A stretch of 64,000 nucleotides of DNA from Nostoc sp. (GTDB lineage: Bacteria > Cyanobacteriota > Cyanobacteriia > Cyanobacteriales > Nostocaceae), in the NCBI GenBank assembly GCA_036918135.1, contig JBALDB010000048.1:128001-192000 (forward strand). Reading direction: 5' to 3'. The notes beneath the pieces were generated by a model. It did not search any database and had not been told where the DNA came from. It was given only the letters and a program-made list of their open reading frames with translations. The translations under genes were made by a program, and so were the position numbers. Of the stretch, positions 42,701-53,625 are shown piece after piece. The number at the start of each line of letters is the position of its first letter. The first letter of the stretch is position 1.

Positions 42701-43594
42701 ATGGCTCAGAGATTAAAGACGTGGTATTACTACTGGAGCAAACAGCTACTTAGCTTTAGTGTATTTGGTTTTTATGCAGCGATCGCCCTTGAAACTTCCA
42801 CCATTGCTGCTACACCAGTGGCAAAGCTAGATAATTGGCGTTTTTCTCCGAAAACACAGCAACTCGAAATCACCCTCTCGACAGCCACAACCCCTCGTTA
42901 TTTCTACCTTGCCCAACCACCTCGTCTGGTTGTAGACCTACCGAATACCAAGTTAGGCTATGTTACGACCCAACAAAATTATTCTGGAGCCATCAAAAGC
43001 ATTCGTGTTTCTCAACTCAATGAAAAGGCCACGCGCATTGTTTTAGATTTAGCACCAGGAACTGTTGTAAATCCCAAACAGGTACAACTGCAACCAGTTT
43101 CCCGAAAAAACCCCACTCGCTGGGTATTACGTCCTGTTATTTCTGGTAAAAGTACTGCCGCCAAAACAGCAAACTCACCAGCTTCACCCAAAAAAACACC
43201 TCAAAAACCGCCTACTAAACCAGTTGTAACTACTAACTCACAACCGCTGACTAAGCCACCCCTAACTACTCCTAACTCCCAACCACTTACTAACCTACCC
43301 GTAATTACTCCTAACTCACAACCGCCTTTACTCACAGCTCCCCCTGTATCGAGTCAGCTGCCCTCAACAACTACTAACTCAAGTCAACCTTTTGTAACTG
43401 TACCTCCCCTGACCCCCAATGCATCCTCTGAACAACCTAGTTTTACTCTCCCCCCTGCTTCTTTCCAAAATCAACCCGGTACATTGAATAGCATCCCTAC
43501 TTTCGGTATGTCTGAATTTCCAGTCCCAACAGCCCCTAATGTTCCCAACCCCCAAATCATTGAGTTTGGTCAACCCCTTCCTAAAACTAAGTAG
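42701..43594 (+). CDS. AMIN domain protein
   Basis: PPRLVVDLP...IRVSQ...TRIVLDL; Pro/Thr tail. Confidence 0.85.
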   Translation: MAQRLKTWYYYWSKQLLSFSVFGFYAAIALETSTIAATPVAKLDNWRFSPKTQQLEITLSTATTPRYFYLAQPPRLVVDLPNTKLGYVTTQQNYSGAIKSIRVSQLNEKATRIVLDLAPGTVVNPKQVQLQPVSRKNPTRWVLRPVISGKSTAAKTANSPASPKKTPQKPPTKPVVTTNSQPLTKPPLTTPNSQPLTNLPVITPNSQPPLLTAPPVSSQLPSTTTNSSQPFVTVPPLTPNASSEQPSFTLPPASFQNQPGTLNSIPTFGMSEFPVPTAPNVPNPQIIEFGQPLPKTK

Positions 43595-43856
43595 AGAATC
43601 AGGAGTGAAGAGTACAAAGATAAGGGAGTAGATGAAGCAGGTAAGGGATAGCCTAAGATGAGGAAGAAAAAACTTTCAACAAACAAGGCAAAAGACACCA
43701 GGGAACAGGATTTGACTTGTTATGTTTCATTCGTAGCGGATAGTAGCACCGCTAGTGGGGCTGTTCCTAAAAAACTTGCTTTTTAGAAAATATCCTCCTG
43801 TTCAGAGTTAACCTTCAACCGTCAACCCTCAACACTCTTAATACCCCATTCCCAAT

Positions 43857-44396
43857 CTAAAATCTGTCCGTTTCCTGGGGTGTTCCAACTGCTCCTGGTT
43901 GAGCTGTGAAGAAGTTTTGAGCAGCTTCATTCTGATATATACACCTGATATCAGGTTTGTCACTATCCAAGTTCCCTGTAAAGCCAAACGTGTTCAAACG
44001 ATTCTTACACTCTGTTACCTGCTCGGATGTCACCAGTTTACGTTGTTCTAAAAGTGCCCAGTTATTTTGTCGAAGCACGCATCCAGGACGCATACTCGGC
44101 TGAGAAACATAGACATTGAAGGGGTTGAGAGTCACGAATAGTCTAGCATCCATCACCATAGCACTGGCTCCATACTGCACACAAATCTCAGGGTTCGGTG
44201 CTTTGGTGTCAATAAATTCACGGGAAGCCACATTTGATGGAGCTAACGTGGTTGTAGAACTAAAAGCAATGCCAATTCCAATCCCCAAAATCAACACCCC
44301 TCCCATAATCGCTATGGTGAAGAGGTTAAACATCGGGGATAGGAAAGTAGAGGGTTTAGAAGTGCTAGCCGGTCTAGCAGTAGATTTACGTCTCAT
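43857..44396 (-). CDS. DUF3172 family protein
   Basis: TM helix; CVQYGASA, PGCVLR, CKNRLNTFG. Confidence 0.75.
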   Translation of the reverse strand: MRRKSTARPASTSKPSTFLSPMFNLFTIAIMGGVLILGIGIGIAFSSTTTLAPSNVASREFIDTKAPNPEICVQYGASAMVMDARLFVTLNPFNVYVSQPSMRPGCVLRQNNWALLEQRKLVTSEQVTECKNRLNTFGFTGNLDSDKPDIRCIYQNEAAQNFFTAQPGAVGTPQETDRF

Positions 44397-44879
44397 TGTT
44401 GCTTAATCACCTTCACGCCAATTGGGTAGGGAGTAGTCTCAAGTTCGCTCTTTCTTTCAGTATGCCTAGTCTTGACTATAATTGCCTGGAACTTTTTGTC
44501 CAACATTCTTATAAGATGACGAAAATAGCAAATCATTTAGATGTATCAATCTAATTTTAACCTTAGTTGCTTCTGATTTACATCTGCAACAATTAGCTAA
44601 TAATATTATCTATTTTAAAAATCAGAAATTTTATTAGTTATCTTTATAGTTGTTTTCTGATTATTTACAGGTTAAATAAATTTAATTAGCTGAGCAATGA
44701 TATTAAATAATTGATTTTTTTTGATTCATAGATAGTGTGGTTTCAATAGGCTAGCCAAATGCATAAATTAGATGCATTTCGCATTTTTTTGATTTTAAAA
44801 AATTTTTACCCCTAGTAATTAATGTATCAAACAATGTAAATTAAGCTTAAATACAATTTAAATACGTAATTACAAGCAA

Positions 44880-45707
44880 GTGAGATTTCAAAGAGCGCTA
44901 CTATCGGACAAGAGGTTCAAAACTTTACAATTTAAAATGCTCCTAGCTGATAGTCTAACTATTTTTTGGGGAGATTGGCTGGATTTACGTGTAAGAGTTG
45001 TACAAGTTGCTGCATCAGGTCTAATATCTCCACTGATATATATTTTAGCTTTTGGTTTAGGTTTGGGTAGTTCCATCAAACCCGGCTCAGCAATTAGTGG
45101 TAACTACGATAGCTATTTAGAATTCATATTACCTGGAATGGTAGCGCTGTCGTCAATGACGATTAGCTTTGGTGGGACGACATTTTCCATTTGTGGAGAC
45201 AGATTATTTAGTAAAACTTTCGAGGAATTGTTGTTAACTCCCATACATCCGTTAGCAATGCATATTGGCAAAATGTTGGCGGGAGTAGTACGGGGGCTGA
45301 TGACATCCGGTTCCGTAATTTTAGTTGCGGTAGTGTTGACTGGAAACTGGAATTTTCTCAACCCGCTATTTCTACTTTTACTTGTACTCAATTGTGCTGT
45401 TTTTGCTGGTTTAGGGGTGATTGTAGGGTTGAGTGTGCGATCGCTCGAATCAGTCGGACTCTACAACAACTTTATAATCATCCCTATGTCTTTTTTAGGA
45501 GCCACCTTCTTTGACCCTGGGACATTACCAATAGCTCTGAAAGTTCTAGTTTACGTGTTACCCCTAACCTATGCCAGCATTGGACTGCGTGCAGCTGCTC
45601 ATTTACCTTTGTCGGAGTTTCCTTGGTATAGCATACCTATTTTGTTAGTAATGGCGATCGCTCTTTCTCTGTGGGGTGGTTATAAATTTGCTCGCCAACA
45701 AGATTAG
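44880..45707 (+). CDS. ABC-2 type permease
   Basis: YLEFILPG, FEELLLTP, FLGATFF; no ATPase adjacent. Confidence 0.85.
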   Translation: MRFQRALLSDKRFKTLQFKMLLADSLTIFWGDWLDLRVRVVQVAASGLISPLIYILAFGLGLGSSIKPGSAISGNYDSYLEFILPGMVALSSMTISFGGTTFSICGDRLFSKTFEELLLTPIHPLAMHIGKMLAGVVRGLMTSGSVILVAVVLTGNWNFLNPLFLLLLVLNCAVFAGLGVIVGLSVRSLESVGLYNNFIIIPMSFLGATFFDPGTLPIALKVLVYVLPLTYASIGLRAAAHLPLSEFPWYSIPILLVMAIALSLWGGYKFARQQD

Positions 45708-45755
45708 ATTTAGATACACCAAGGAGATTTTATATTTAAAATTGAACATCCTATT

Positions 45756-46229
45756 ATGCTGATTCGCCGAGCTACCACAATTGACGTATCCCAAGTTTTA
45801 CCAATGGTTGCCAAAATTTGTGCTTTGCATGAGTCTTGGGATTCCGCTAAATATGGTTTTCTAAAGCATCCAGAACAGCGCTATCAAAAATGGTTAACGC
45901 GTTTGGCAAATAACGAGCGCAGTGTATTTTTGGTAGCAGAAAATCAAGGGCAACTTGTAGGGTTTCTAGTGGCAACAATTGAGCAAGAAATCCCAATTTA
46001 TCGTTTGCAAGAATTTGCTTTTATCCATGATATTTGGGTTGAGCCAGAATATCGACAAAACGGAATTGGGCGACAAATGGTAATGCAAACTGTTGAAAGC
46101 TTTTCTCAAATGGGCGTCAAGCAAATTCGGCTAGATACAGCAAATGCAAACGAATCTTCGCGGCGGTTGTTTGCATCCTGCGGTTTTCGATTCAGCACTA
46201 TCGAAATGTTAATTGAATTAAGTCATTAG
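45756..46229 (+). CDS. GNAT N-acetyltransferase
   Basis: VEPEYRQNGIG; LFASCGF. Confidence 0.85.
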   Translation: MLIRRATTIDVSQVLPMVAKICALHESWDSAKYGFLKHPEQRYQKWLTRLANNERSVFLVAENQGQLVGFLVATIEQEIPIYRLQEFAFIHDIWVEPEYRQNGIGRQMVMQTVESFSQMGVKQIRLDTANANESSRRLFASCGFRFSTIEMLIELSH

Positions 46230-46364
46230 TCATTCGTAAAAGACAAATGACTAAGCGCAAAGTCTGAGCGCCGGAAGCTGGCGCTCAGATGGCAGTTCCT
46301 TTAAGCGGGGGAACCCCGCCAACAGACTGCCTCAACTTTGTAAGAGAGGACAAATGACAAAGGA

Positions 46365-46841
46365 CTAACTAGCTAATAGAGTCTTTTCTAGAGAAGTCCA
46401 ACGGAAAAAGCGATCGCCACCCCTCTCGATGACTACTCTCACTCGTGGTTCTAACTTAGGCAAGTTCGCTAAATATTCAATTTCCTGATCGGAAAGAATA
46501 TTCCCTTCAATAATCCACAAGACCAGCCCTTTTGACTTCGGTGATAGCTGTTCTAAGTGAGTATTGATAAGTGGTGGCGCATAGTATACATGACCTACCG
46601 CTGCACCGTTACCAGTACTTTTTTTGCCCAGATGAGGAGGTCTAACTCCATGAATTCTTGTGAGATACGCAGCTACATCGCCCAGTCCTCTAGCAGTAAT
46701 GTGCAGCGTGGTATACCCAGCCGCACGTAATCGGCGCTGATAGCGACCTTCATAACCTCCTTCTAGAGGTACATACACTCCCAGAGCGCCAAATTTTTCC
46801 AGATCCCGGATTAAAGCGTTGCCAGTGGTAATTAGTGCCAT
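46365..46841 (-). CDS. ndhN: NAD(P)H-quinone oxidoreductase subunit N
   Basis: PLEGGYEGRYQRRLRAAGY...HGVRPPHLGK. Confidence 0.93.
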   Translation of the reverse strand: MALITTGNALIRDLEKFGALGVYVPLEGGYEGRYQRRLRAAGYTTLHITARGLGDVAAYLTRIHGVRPPHLGKKSTGNGAAVGHVYYAPPLINTHLEQLSPKSKGLVLWIIEGNILSDQEIEYLANLPKLEPRVRVVIERGGDRFFRWTSLEKTLLAS

Positions 46842-46976
46842 AGATTTTTGTCTTATCCCACCTTAGATATCTCTATTATTTACCGTGAATTGAGAGATAA
46901 AGCATTTATTTTGGGCATTAAGAGTGTTGAGTGTTGACGGTTAAGCTTATTTGTTTCATGTTCCTAAAAAAATTAC

Positions 46977-47005
46977 TAGACAATGATAAATAAATGATTT
47001 ATATT
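46977..47005 (+). promoter_or_regulatory. putative sigma70-type promoter for the ribosomal operon leader
   Basis: TAGACA-N17-TATATT. Confidence 0.4.
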
Positions 47006-47011
47006 ATTAGA

Positions 47012-47720
47012 TTGTGACCAAACGCGCAAATTGGCTTGCCGAACTTATGTCATTCTGAAATAGTGTTAGCATCAAAGACTGATTAGTCAATTCAAAGGTG
47101 ATAACTTAACTTAGATTGTTCATAGGCTGGTAAACTAAGAAAGCTTCAGGTTAACATTGAAGCCTATGCAGGAACAAGCTAAGCTAATCCTCAGCTTCAA
47201 ACTAAGTTGACTCGTGCGCCTCTGAAAAAAGGCAAAATCTTAAACTATTGTTTAAGGTGTTTGGAAAACTAAAAACTGAGCAGCAATGCTGGCTTAGTTA
47301 ATGGATACTGGGTGGTAAAAGCCGCCTAAGTCCAACTGCAACAAGGCAGTCGCCAACCTCAGGGAAGCCGTCCTTTGGGGAGATACAAATCGAAAACCCA
47401 GCGGCAACGCTGCCTGCAAAAAGTGCCACAGCAATTGCTTGGACGAAAGCATTGCTGCACACAGATCAAAGCTGTAGCGCCTTGCATTGATTCCAAAAGT
47501 TACTCCTTCCCAAAGGGAAGAGACTTGTGGCTGTTTTGGTAATCTCGTAAGTGAAACTAAACAGATTCACCAAGCAGTACGGACACGGTTTGTTGTGTCC
47601 CAAAGTATTTGGAGGGGTTAAAGCCATTCCAAATTTCCCAGGCCGTAGCCTAGACTGACGCGTACAAAGCGTGTCCTCTAAAGTTGGATTCCAAGGTCAG
47701 TAAGTAGAAAGGAGAACCAG
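47012..47720 (+). ncRNA. candidate large structured RNA or 5' leader of the rplC operon
   Basis: about 15 stem-loops with G-U pairs and A-rich linkers; no + strand ORF in the track; ends at RBS AAGGAG (47709-47714). Confidence 0.65.
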
Positions 47721-47725
47721 TTATT

Positions 47726-48358
47726 GTGTCTGTAGGTATTCTCGGCACCAAGCTGGGCATGACCCAAGTATTTGATGAGGCAGGAGTAGCCATTCCTGTC
47801 ACCGTTATTCAAGCGGGGCCATGCACTGTTACACAAGTTAAAACAAAACAAACCGATGGTTACGCCGCCATTCAAGTTGGTTATGGCGAAGTCAAACCAA
47901 AGGCACTGAACAAACCACTGTTGGGTCACTTAGCCAAATCATCTGCCCCAGCATTGCGTCATTTAAATGAGTATCACACCGATAGCTCTAGTGATTATGC
48001 TTTAGGTCAACAGATTAAAGCAGATATTTTTAGTGCAGGTCAAACTGTAGATGTAATTGGTACAAGTATTGGTCGCGGCTTCGCGGGTAACCAGAAGCGT
48101 AACAACTTTGGTCGGGGGCCGATGTCACACGGTTCTAAAAACCATAGAGCGCCCGGTTCTATTGGTGCTGGTACTACACCCGGTCGTGTCTATCCAGGTA
48201 AGCGGATGGCAGGACGTTTAGGCGGTAGCCGCGTCACAATCCGCAAACTGACTGTAGTGCGAGTAGACGCAGAACGCAACTTACTGCTAATTAAAGGAGC
48301 CATTCCTGGCAAACCAGGCGCTCTAGTAAGTGTTGTACCTGCTAAGCGAGTCGGCTAG
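47726..48358 (+). CDS. rplC: 50S ribosomal protein L3
   Basis: [21 protein letters not shown]. Confidence 0.98.
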   Translation: MSVGILGTKLGMTQVFDEAGVAIPVTVIQAGPCTVTQVKTKQTDGYAAIQVGYGEVKPKALNKPLLGHLAKSSAPALRHLNEYHTDSSSDYALGQQIKADIFSAGQTVDVIGTSIGRGFAGNQKRNNFGRGPMSHGSKNHRAPGSIGAGTTPGRVYPGKRMAGRLGGSRVTIRKLTVVRVDAERNLLLIKGAIPGKPGALVSVVPAKRVG

Positions 48359-48497
48359 TCAAAGTCATCACTCAAAAGTCATGAGTCATAAGTCATCGGT
48401 CATTAGTCATTAGTCAATTGGTTAAAGGACAAAGGACAAATGACACAGGACAAATGACAAAAGACAAAGGACAAATGACAAAGGACAAATAACAAAC
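48356..48497. repeat. STRR heptamer array in inverted arrangement
   Basis: (AGTCATT)n then (GACAAAT/GACAAAG)n. Confidence 0.9.
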
Positions 48498-49130
48498 ATG
48501 GTTGAAAGTGTAGTTAAAAATTGGCAAGGAGAAGAAGTCGCCCAGACCAGCTTTGAGTTGCGAGTTGCTAGAGAGCAAACGGCGTCTCATATTGTACACC
48601 GTGCCTTAGTACGGCAATTGACCAACGCTCGTCAAGGAACTGCCAGTACAAAAACTCGTTCCGAAGTAAGAGGTGGCGGACGCAAACCTTGGAGACAAAA
48701 AGGTACTGGTCGCGCTCGTGCTGGGTCGATTCGTTCACCACTATGGCGCGGTGGTGGTGTAATCTTTGGACCAAAGCCCAGAGACTTCAACCTGAAAATG
48801 AACCGCAAAGAGCGGCGTTTAGCACTGCGGACAGCATTTATCGGTCGCGTTGACGATTTGATTGTGGTCGAAGAATTTGGCGAACAGCTGTCACGCCCAA
48901 AAACCAAAGATTTAGTAGCAGCATTGGCTCGTTGGGGAGCACCTCCAGAAAATAAGACACTATTAATACTGTCAGAATTTCCAGAAAACGTTTATTTGTC
49001 TGCCCGCAACATCGAAAATTTAAAGGTAATTGCAGCTGACCAGTTAAATGTTTACGATTTACTGCACGCTGACAAGATTGTGCTTACAACATCAGCCTTA
49101 GAAAAAATTCAGGAGGTCTACAGTGCCTAG
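48498..49130 (+). CDS. rplD: 50S ribosomal protein L4
   Basis: [15 protein letters not shown]. Confidence 0.98.
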   Translation: MVESVVKNWQGEEVAQTSFELRVAREQTASHIVHRALVRQLTNARQGTASTKTRSEVRGGGRKPWRQKGTGRARAGSIRSPLWRGGGVIFGPKPRDFNLKMNRKERRLALRTAFIGRVDDLIVVEEFGEQLSRPKTKDLVAALARWGAPPENKTLLILSEFPENVYLSARNIENLKVIAADQLNVYDLLHADKIVLTTSALEKIQEVYSA

Positions 49131-49437
49131 CTTTGACCCCCGTGACCTTGCGGATTTAGTGCGTCGCCCAATTGTTACCGAGAAAGCGACAATCTTAATG
49201 GAGCAGAATAAATACACCTTTGAAGTAACTCCAAAAGCGTCTAAGCCAGAAATCAAGGCTGCGATCGAAGACTTATTTCAAGTTAAGGTTGTAAAAGTCA
49301 ATACCGCAGTACCACCACGTAAAAAACGGCGTGTTGGCAAATTTGTTGGTTATAAGCCCCTATATAAGCGAGCCATTGTCACTGTCGCACCTGGAGATGT
49401 AGACAAGATTAGACAAGTTCTATTCCCAGATGTCTAA
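49123..49437 (+). CDS. rplW: 50S ribosomal protein L23
   Basis: PIVTEKA, KRAIVT. Confidence 0.97.
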   Translation: MPSFDPRDLADLVRRPIVTEKATILMEQNKYTFEVTPKASKPEIKAAIEDLFQVKVVKVNTAVPPRKKRRVGKFVGYKPLYKRAIVTVAPGDVDKIRQVLFPDV

Positions 49438-49440
49438 AAA

Positions 49441-49550
49441 AGTTAGGAGCTAGGAGTTACGAGTTAGGATTACCATACTCAAAACTCAACACTCAAAACT
49501 CAGCACTGGCTCAACGCCCTTAAGAAAGCTAACAGCACTCAGCACTCAAA
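49441..49550. repeat. STRR-type heptamer array (GAGTTAG / ACTCAGC)
   Basis: direct reading. Confidence 0.75.
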
Positions 49551-49554
49551 AAAT

Positions 49555-50418
49555 ATGGGTACTCGTTCTTATCGCCCTTATACCCCCAGCACTCGCCAAG
49601 TTACGATTTCTGACTTTTCAGAAATCACTAAAACTGAGCCAGAAAAATCTCTGACTAAATCTGTACACCGCGCTAAAGGTCGGAACAATCAAGGGCGGAT
49701 TACCAGTCGTCGCCGGGGTGGCGGACACAAACGGCTTTACCGGATTATTGATTTTAAAAGGGATAAACGTAATATTCCAGCCCAAGTCGCAGCAATTGAA
49801 TACGATCCTAACCGTAATGCCCGGATAGCTCTGTTGCATTACGAAGATGGGGAAAAACGCTATATCCTCCAACCAAACGGCTTGAAAGTTGGGACAACAA
49901 TTATTGCTGGGCCTGAAGCTCCTTTTGAAGATGGTAATGCCCTACCACTATCGAATATTCCCTTGGGTACTAGCGTTCACAACGTAGAACTGACTCCAAA
50001 CAAAGGCGGTCAAATTGTGCGTGCGGCTGGTGCTAGCGCCCAAGTAGTAGCAAAAGAAGGTAATTATGTAACTCTCAAGTTACCTTCAGGAGAAGTCCGG
50101 TTGATTCGGCGCGAATGCTACGCCACCATCGGTCAAGTAGGCAACACCGACGCGAGAAACCTAAGTGCAGGTAAAGCAGGACGAAATCGCTGGAAAGGGC
50201 GCCGTCCTAAGGTCAGAGGTAGCGTCATGAACCCAGTCGATCACCCACACGGCGGTGGTGAAGGTAGGGCACCTATCGGTAGATCTGGGCCTGTAACACC
50301 TTGGGGTAAACCTACTTTGGGAGCCAAGACACGCAATCCCAAGAAACTCAGCAGTAAATATATTGTGCGTCGTCGTCGTAAGTCTTCTAAACGCGGTCGT
50401 GGTGGTCGTGAATCTTAA
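49555..50418 (+). CDS. rplB: 50S ribosomal protein L2
   Basis: [19 protein letters not shown]. Confidence 0.98.
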   Translation: MGTRSYRPYTPSTRQVTISDFSEITKTEPEKSLTKSVHRAKGRNNQGRITSRRRGGGHKRLYRIIDFKRDKRNIPAQVAAIEYDPNRNARIALLHYEDGEKRYILQPNGLKVGTTIIAGPEAPFEDGNALPLSNIPLGTSVHNVELTPNKGGQIVRAAGASAQVVAKEGNYVTLKLPSGEVRLIRRECYATIGQVGNTDARNLSAGKAGRNRWKGRRPKVRGSVMNPVDHPHGGGEGRAPIGRSGPVTPWGKPTLGAKTRNPKKLSSKYIVRRRRKSSKRGRGGRES

Positions 50419-50591
50419 AGAGTTAGGACTTATGAGTTGATAGAAAAATTTAACTCCTCACTCCTCACTTTTGTACAGACGTGATTAATGAGCTAGCGCG
50501 TTGCGGGGGTTCCCCCCGTTGTAGCGACTGGCGTCGCGTCTCTACTCACATCTAATTTCTAATTCATAAATCTAAAATCCAGAATTGAACT

Positions 50592-50870
50592 ATGGGTCGT
50601 TCTCTAAAAAAAGGTCCTTTTGTTGCGGACCATCTCCTTAATAAAATTGAAAAGCTCAACGACAATAATAGAAAAGAAGTTATTAAAACTTGGTCGCGAG
50701 CTTCAACAATTCTGCCTGTAATGGTCGGTCATACCATAGCTGTTCATAACGGACGCCAACACGTTCCAGTATTTGTAAATGAACAAATGGTAGGGCACAA
50801 GTTGGGTGAATTTGCCCCAACACGCACCTACAGAGGTCATGGCAAAAGTGACAAAAAATCAGGTAGGTAG
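50592..50870 (+). CDS. rpsS: 30S ribosomal protein S19
   Basis: [19 protein letters not shown]. Confidence 0.98.
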   Translation: MGRSLKKGPFVADHLLNKIEKLNDNNRKEVIKTWSRASTILPVMVGHTIAVHNGRQHVPVFVNEQMVGHKLGEFAPTRTYRGHGKSDKKSGR

Positions 50871-51015
50871 TCATTAGTCATTAGTCATTGGTCATTGGTC
50901 ATTAGTTATTGGTCATTAATCATTAGTCATTAGTCAATTGGTTAAAAGACAAATGACAAACGACAAACAACAAATGACAAATGACAGAAGACAAATGACA
51001 AAAGACAAATGACAA
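50868..51015. repeat. STRR heptamer array in inverted arrangement
   Basis: (TAGTCAT)n then (TGACAAA)n. Confidence 0.9.
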
Positions 51016-51029
51016 AAATGGAGAAAATT

Positions 51030-51386
51030 ATGGCTACTGATACTACTGAAGTCAAAGCGATCGCCCGTTTTATACGCATTTCTCCTTTGAAAGTGCGTCG
51101 CGTACTCGATCAAATCCGGGGGCTATCGTATCGAGAAGCGTTAATCATCTTGGAATTCATGCCCTATCGCGCCACTGAACCGATATTGAAGGTTCTCAGA
51201 AGCGCTGCTGCTAACGCCGAACACAATGCGGGCTTAGATCGGACTCAACTAGTAATTACTCAGGCTTATGCCGATCAAGGGCCAGTGCTCAAACGATTCC
51301 AACCAAGGGCGCAAGGTCGAGCTTACCAAATTCGCAAGCCAACGTGTCATATTACTGTCGCCGTTGCAGCCGCCCCAGAAAAATAA
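51030..51386 (+). CDS. rplV: 50S ribosomal protein L22
   Basis: PRAQGRA; start after GGAG RBS. Confidence 0.97.
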   Translation: MATDTTEVKAIARFIRISPLKVRRVLDQIRGLSYREALIILEFMPYRATEPILKVLRSAAANAEHNAGLDRTQLVITQAYADQGPVLKRFQPRAQGRAYQIRKPTCHITVAVAAAPEK

Positions 51387-51418
51387 CGATTCAGTCAGAA
51401 ATTTTAGAGGAAGCATTC

Positions 51419-52204
51419 GTGGGACAGAAAATTCATCCAGTTGGTTTTCGCCTGGGTATTACACAAGAACATCAATCCCGTTGGTTTGCCGTTCCGGAAC
51501 GCTATCCAGAACTTTTACAAGAAGACCACAAACTCCGTACATATATAGAACAAAAGCTCGGTAGACTCGCTCAAAACAATGCCGGAATTTCCGAAGTGCG
51601 GATTGAGCGCAAAGCCGACCAAATCGACTTAGAAGTACGCACAGCTAGACCAGGGGTAGTAGTGGGTCGTGGTGGACAAGGGATCGAATCCTTGCGTACT
51701 GGACTCCAAGCACTATTGGGTAGTAATCGCCAAATTCGCATTAACGTAGTTGAAGTGCAACGAGTTGATGCTGATGCCTACCTAATTGCCGAATACATTG
51801 CTCAACAATTGGAACGCCGTGTTTCCTTTCGGCGGGTAGTGCGACAAGCGATTCAGCGCGCCCAACGGGCTGGCGTCCAAGGTATTAAAATTCAAGTCAG
51901 CGGTCGCCTCAATGGTGCAGAAATTGCTCGCACAGAGTGGACTCGTGAAGGTAGAGTACCTCTACATACTTTGCGGGCTGACATTGATTACTCTTATTGC
52001 ACGGCAAAAACTATTTACGGTATTTTAGGCATCAAAGTATGGGTGTTTAAGGGAGAAATTATTCCCGGACAGGAAGAAACTGCACCACCACCCGCAGCTA
52101 GAGAACGCGATCGCGGCGATCGTGGCGATCGCGAACGCGAACCACGTCGCCGTCAACAACAACGCCGTCGTCAACAATTTGAAGACCGCTCAAATGAAGG
52201 GTAA
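51419..52204 (+). CDS. rpsC: 30S ribosomal protein S3
   Basis: GTG start, [25 protein letters not shown]. Confidence 0.98.
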   Translation: MGQKIHPVGFRLGITQEHQSRWFAVPERYPELLQEDHKLRTYIEQKLGRLAQNNAGISEVRIERKADQIDLEVRTARPGVVVGRGGQGIESLRTGLQALLGSNRQIRINVVEVQRVDADAYLIAEYIAQQLERRVSFRRVVRQAIQRAQRAGVQGIKIQVSGRLNGAEIARTEWTREGRVPLHTLRADIDYSYCTAKTIYGILGIKVWVFKGEIIPGQEETAPPPAARERDRGDRGDREREPRRRQQQRRRQQFEDRSNEG

Positions 52205-52207
52205 ATC

Positions 52208-52298
52208 GGGACTGGGGACTGGGGACTGGGTAAAAATTCTCAATCCCAATCCCTAATCCCCAATCCCTAATCCTCAGTACCTAGTACCCAGTACCCAA
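52208..52298. repeat. STRR array (GGGGACT)n / (CCCAATC, CCCAGTA)n
   Basis: direct reading. Confidence 0.85.
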
Positions 52299-52300
52299 TC

Positions 52301-52726
52301 ATGTTAAGTCCTAGAAGAACTAAATTCCGCAAACAACAGCGCGGACGGATGGAAGGATTAGCCACCCGTGGCAGTACTCTTAACTTCGGTGATTTTGCAC
52401 TCCAAGCTCAAGAACCTGCTTGGATTACCTCCCGGCAAATAGAAGCTTCTCGGCGGGCCATGACTCGCTATATCCGCCGGGGTGGACAAATCTGGATTCG
52501 GATTTTCCCTGATAAACCTGTAACCATGCGTCCTGCTGAAACCCGGATGGGTTCTGGTAAAGGTTCGCCAGAGTTTTGGGTAGCTGTAGTCAAGCCAGGG
52601 CGAATTATGTTTGAAATCGCTGGGGTTTCTGAAGAAATCGCCCGTGAAGCTATGCGTTTGGCTGCATATAAACTGCCAATAAAAACTAAATTCATTGTGC
52701 GCTCTCAACCACAGGAGCAGGAGTAG
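52301..52726 (+). CDS. rplP: 50S ribosomal protein L16
   Basis: RMGSGKG. Confidence 0.98.
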   Translation: MLSPRRTKFRKQQRGRMEGLATRGSTLNFGDFALQAQEPAWITSRQIEASRRAMTRYIRRGGQIWIRIFPDKPVTMRPAETRMGSGKGSPEFWVAVVKPGRIMFEIAGVSEEIAREAMRLAAYKLPIKTKFIVRSQPQEQE

Positions 52727-52729
52727 GTT

Positions 52730-52957
52730 ATGCCTCTTCCCAAAATTTCAGAAGCAAGAGAATTAAGTGACGATCGACTTTCTGAAGAAATTCTTGCTGT
52801 TAAAAGACAACTATTTCAGTTGCGCTTGCAAAAAGCCACAAGACAGCTAGACAAGCCCCACCAGTTCCGCCACGCTAAACACCGCCTATCCCAATTGCTG
52901 ACGGTCGAGGGAGAACGCAAACGGGCAGCAAATCAATCGCCACAACCAGAAAAGTAG
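52730..52957 (+). CDS. rpmC: 50S ribosomal protein L29
   Basis: LFQLRLQKAT; operon position. Confidence 0.96.
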   Translation: MPLPKISEARELSDDRLSEEILAVKRQLFQLRLQKATRQLDKPHQFRHAKHRLSQLLTVEGERKRAANQSPQPEK

Positions 52958-52963
52958 GAGATT

Positions 52964-53212
52964 ATGGCAGTTAAAGAACGAGTTGGTTTGGTAGTGAGCG
53001 ACAAAATGCAAAAAACGGTAGTAGTTGCCGTAGAAAACCGCGCTCCTCATCCCAAGTACGGCAAGATTGTAGTCAACACCCAGCGCTATAAAGTTCACGA
53101 TGAAGAAAATCAGTGCAAAGTGGGCGATCGCGTCCGGATTCAAGAAACTAGACCTTTGAGTAAAACCAAACGCTGGAAAGTCACAGAAATCCTCAACGTC
53201 AAACCTACTTAA
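52964..53212 (+). CDS. rpsQ: 30S ribosomal protein S17
   Basis: [17 protein letters not shown]. Confidence 0.98.
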   Translation: MAVKERVGLVVSDKMQKTVVVAVENRAPHPKYGKIVVNTQRYKVHDEENQCKVGDRVRIQETRPLSKTKRWKVTEILNVKPT

Positions 53213-53256
53213 ACTTCATAGTTGTTATTTTAACAACATTATAAGGGACTAAAATC

Positions 53257-53625
53257 GTGATTCAACCCCAGACTTACTTAAATGTCGCAGATAATAGCGG
53301 TGCCCGCAAACTAATGTGTATCCGTGTGTTGGGCGGAGGTAACCGCCGTTATGGTTTTATTGGCGATAAGATTATTGCTGTTGTTAAAGATGCTACACCC
53401 AATATGGGTGTCAAAAAGTCTGATGTTGTGGAAGCAGTAATTGTCCGGACACGAAAAGCTGTAAATCGTGATAGTGGTATGAGTATTCGCTTTGACGATA
53501 ACGCCGCTGTAATTATTAACAAAGACGGTAATCCTAGAGGCACGCGGGTTTTTGGCCCAGTTGCTCGGGAACTGCGCGATAAAAACTTTACCAAAATTGT
53601 TTCTCTGGCTCCGGAGGTGCTGTAA
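53257..53625 (+). CDS. rplN: 50S ribosomal protein L14
   Basis: VADNSGA, SLAPEVL. Confidence 0.98.
   Translation: MIQPQTYLNVADNSGARKLMCIRVLGGGNRRYGFIGDKIIAVVKDATPNMGVKKSDVVEAVIVRTRKAVNRDSGMSIRFDDNAAVIINKDGNPRGTRVFGPVARELRDKNFTKIVSLAPEVL

Noticed and set aside
47214..47640. Group II intron, RNase P RNA or tmRNA identity for the structured region (GTGCG at 47214; AAGCAGTAC..GGAGGGG near 47572-47617)
   Set aside because: No canonical domain V (AGCCG..GNRA..CGGTT), no RNase P GAGGAAAGTCC, and no tmRNA tRNA-like ends. The resemblance is too weak to call without a covariance search.
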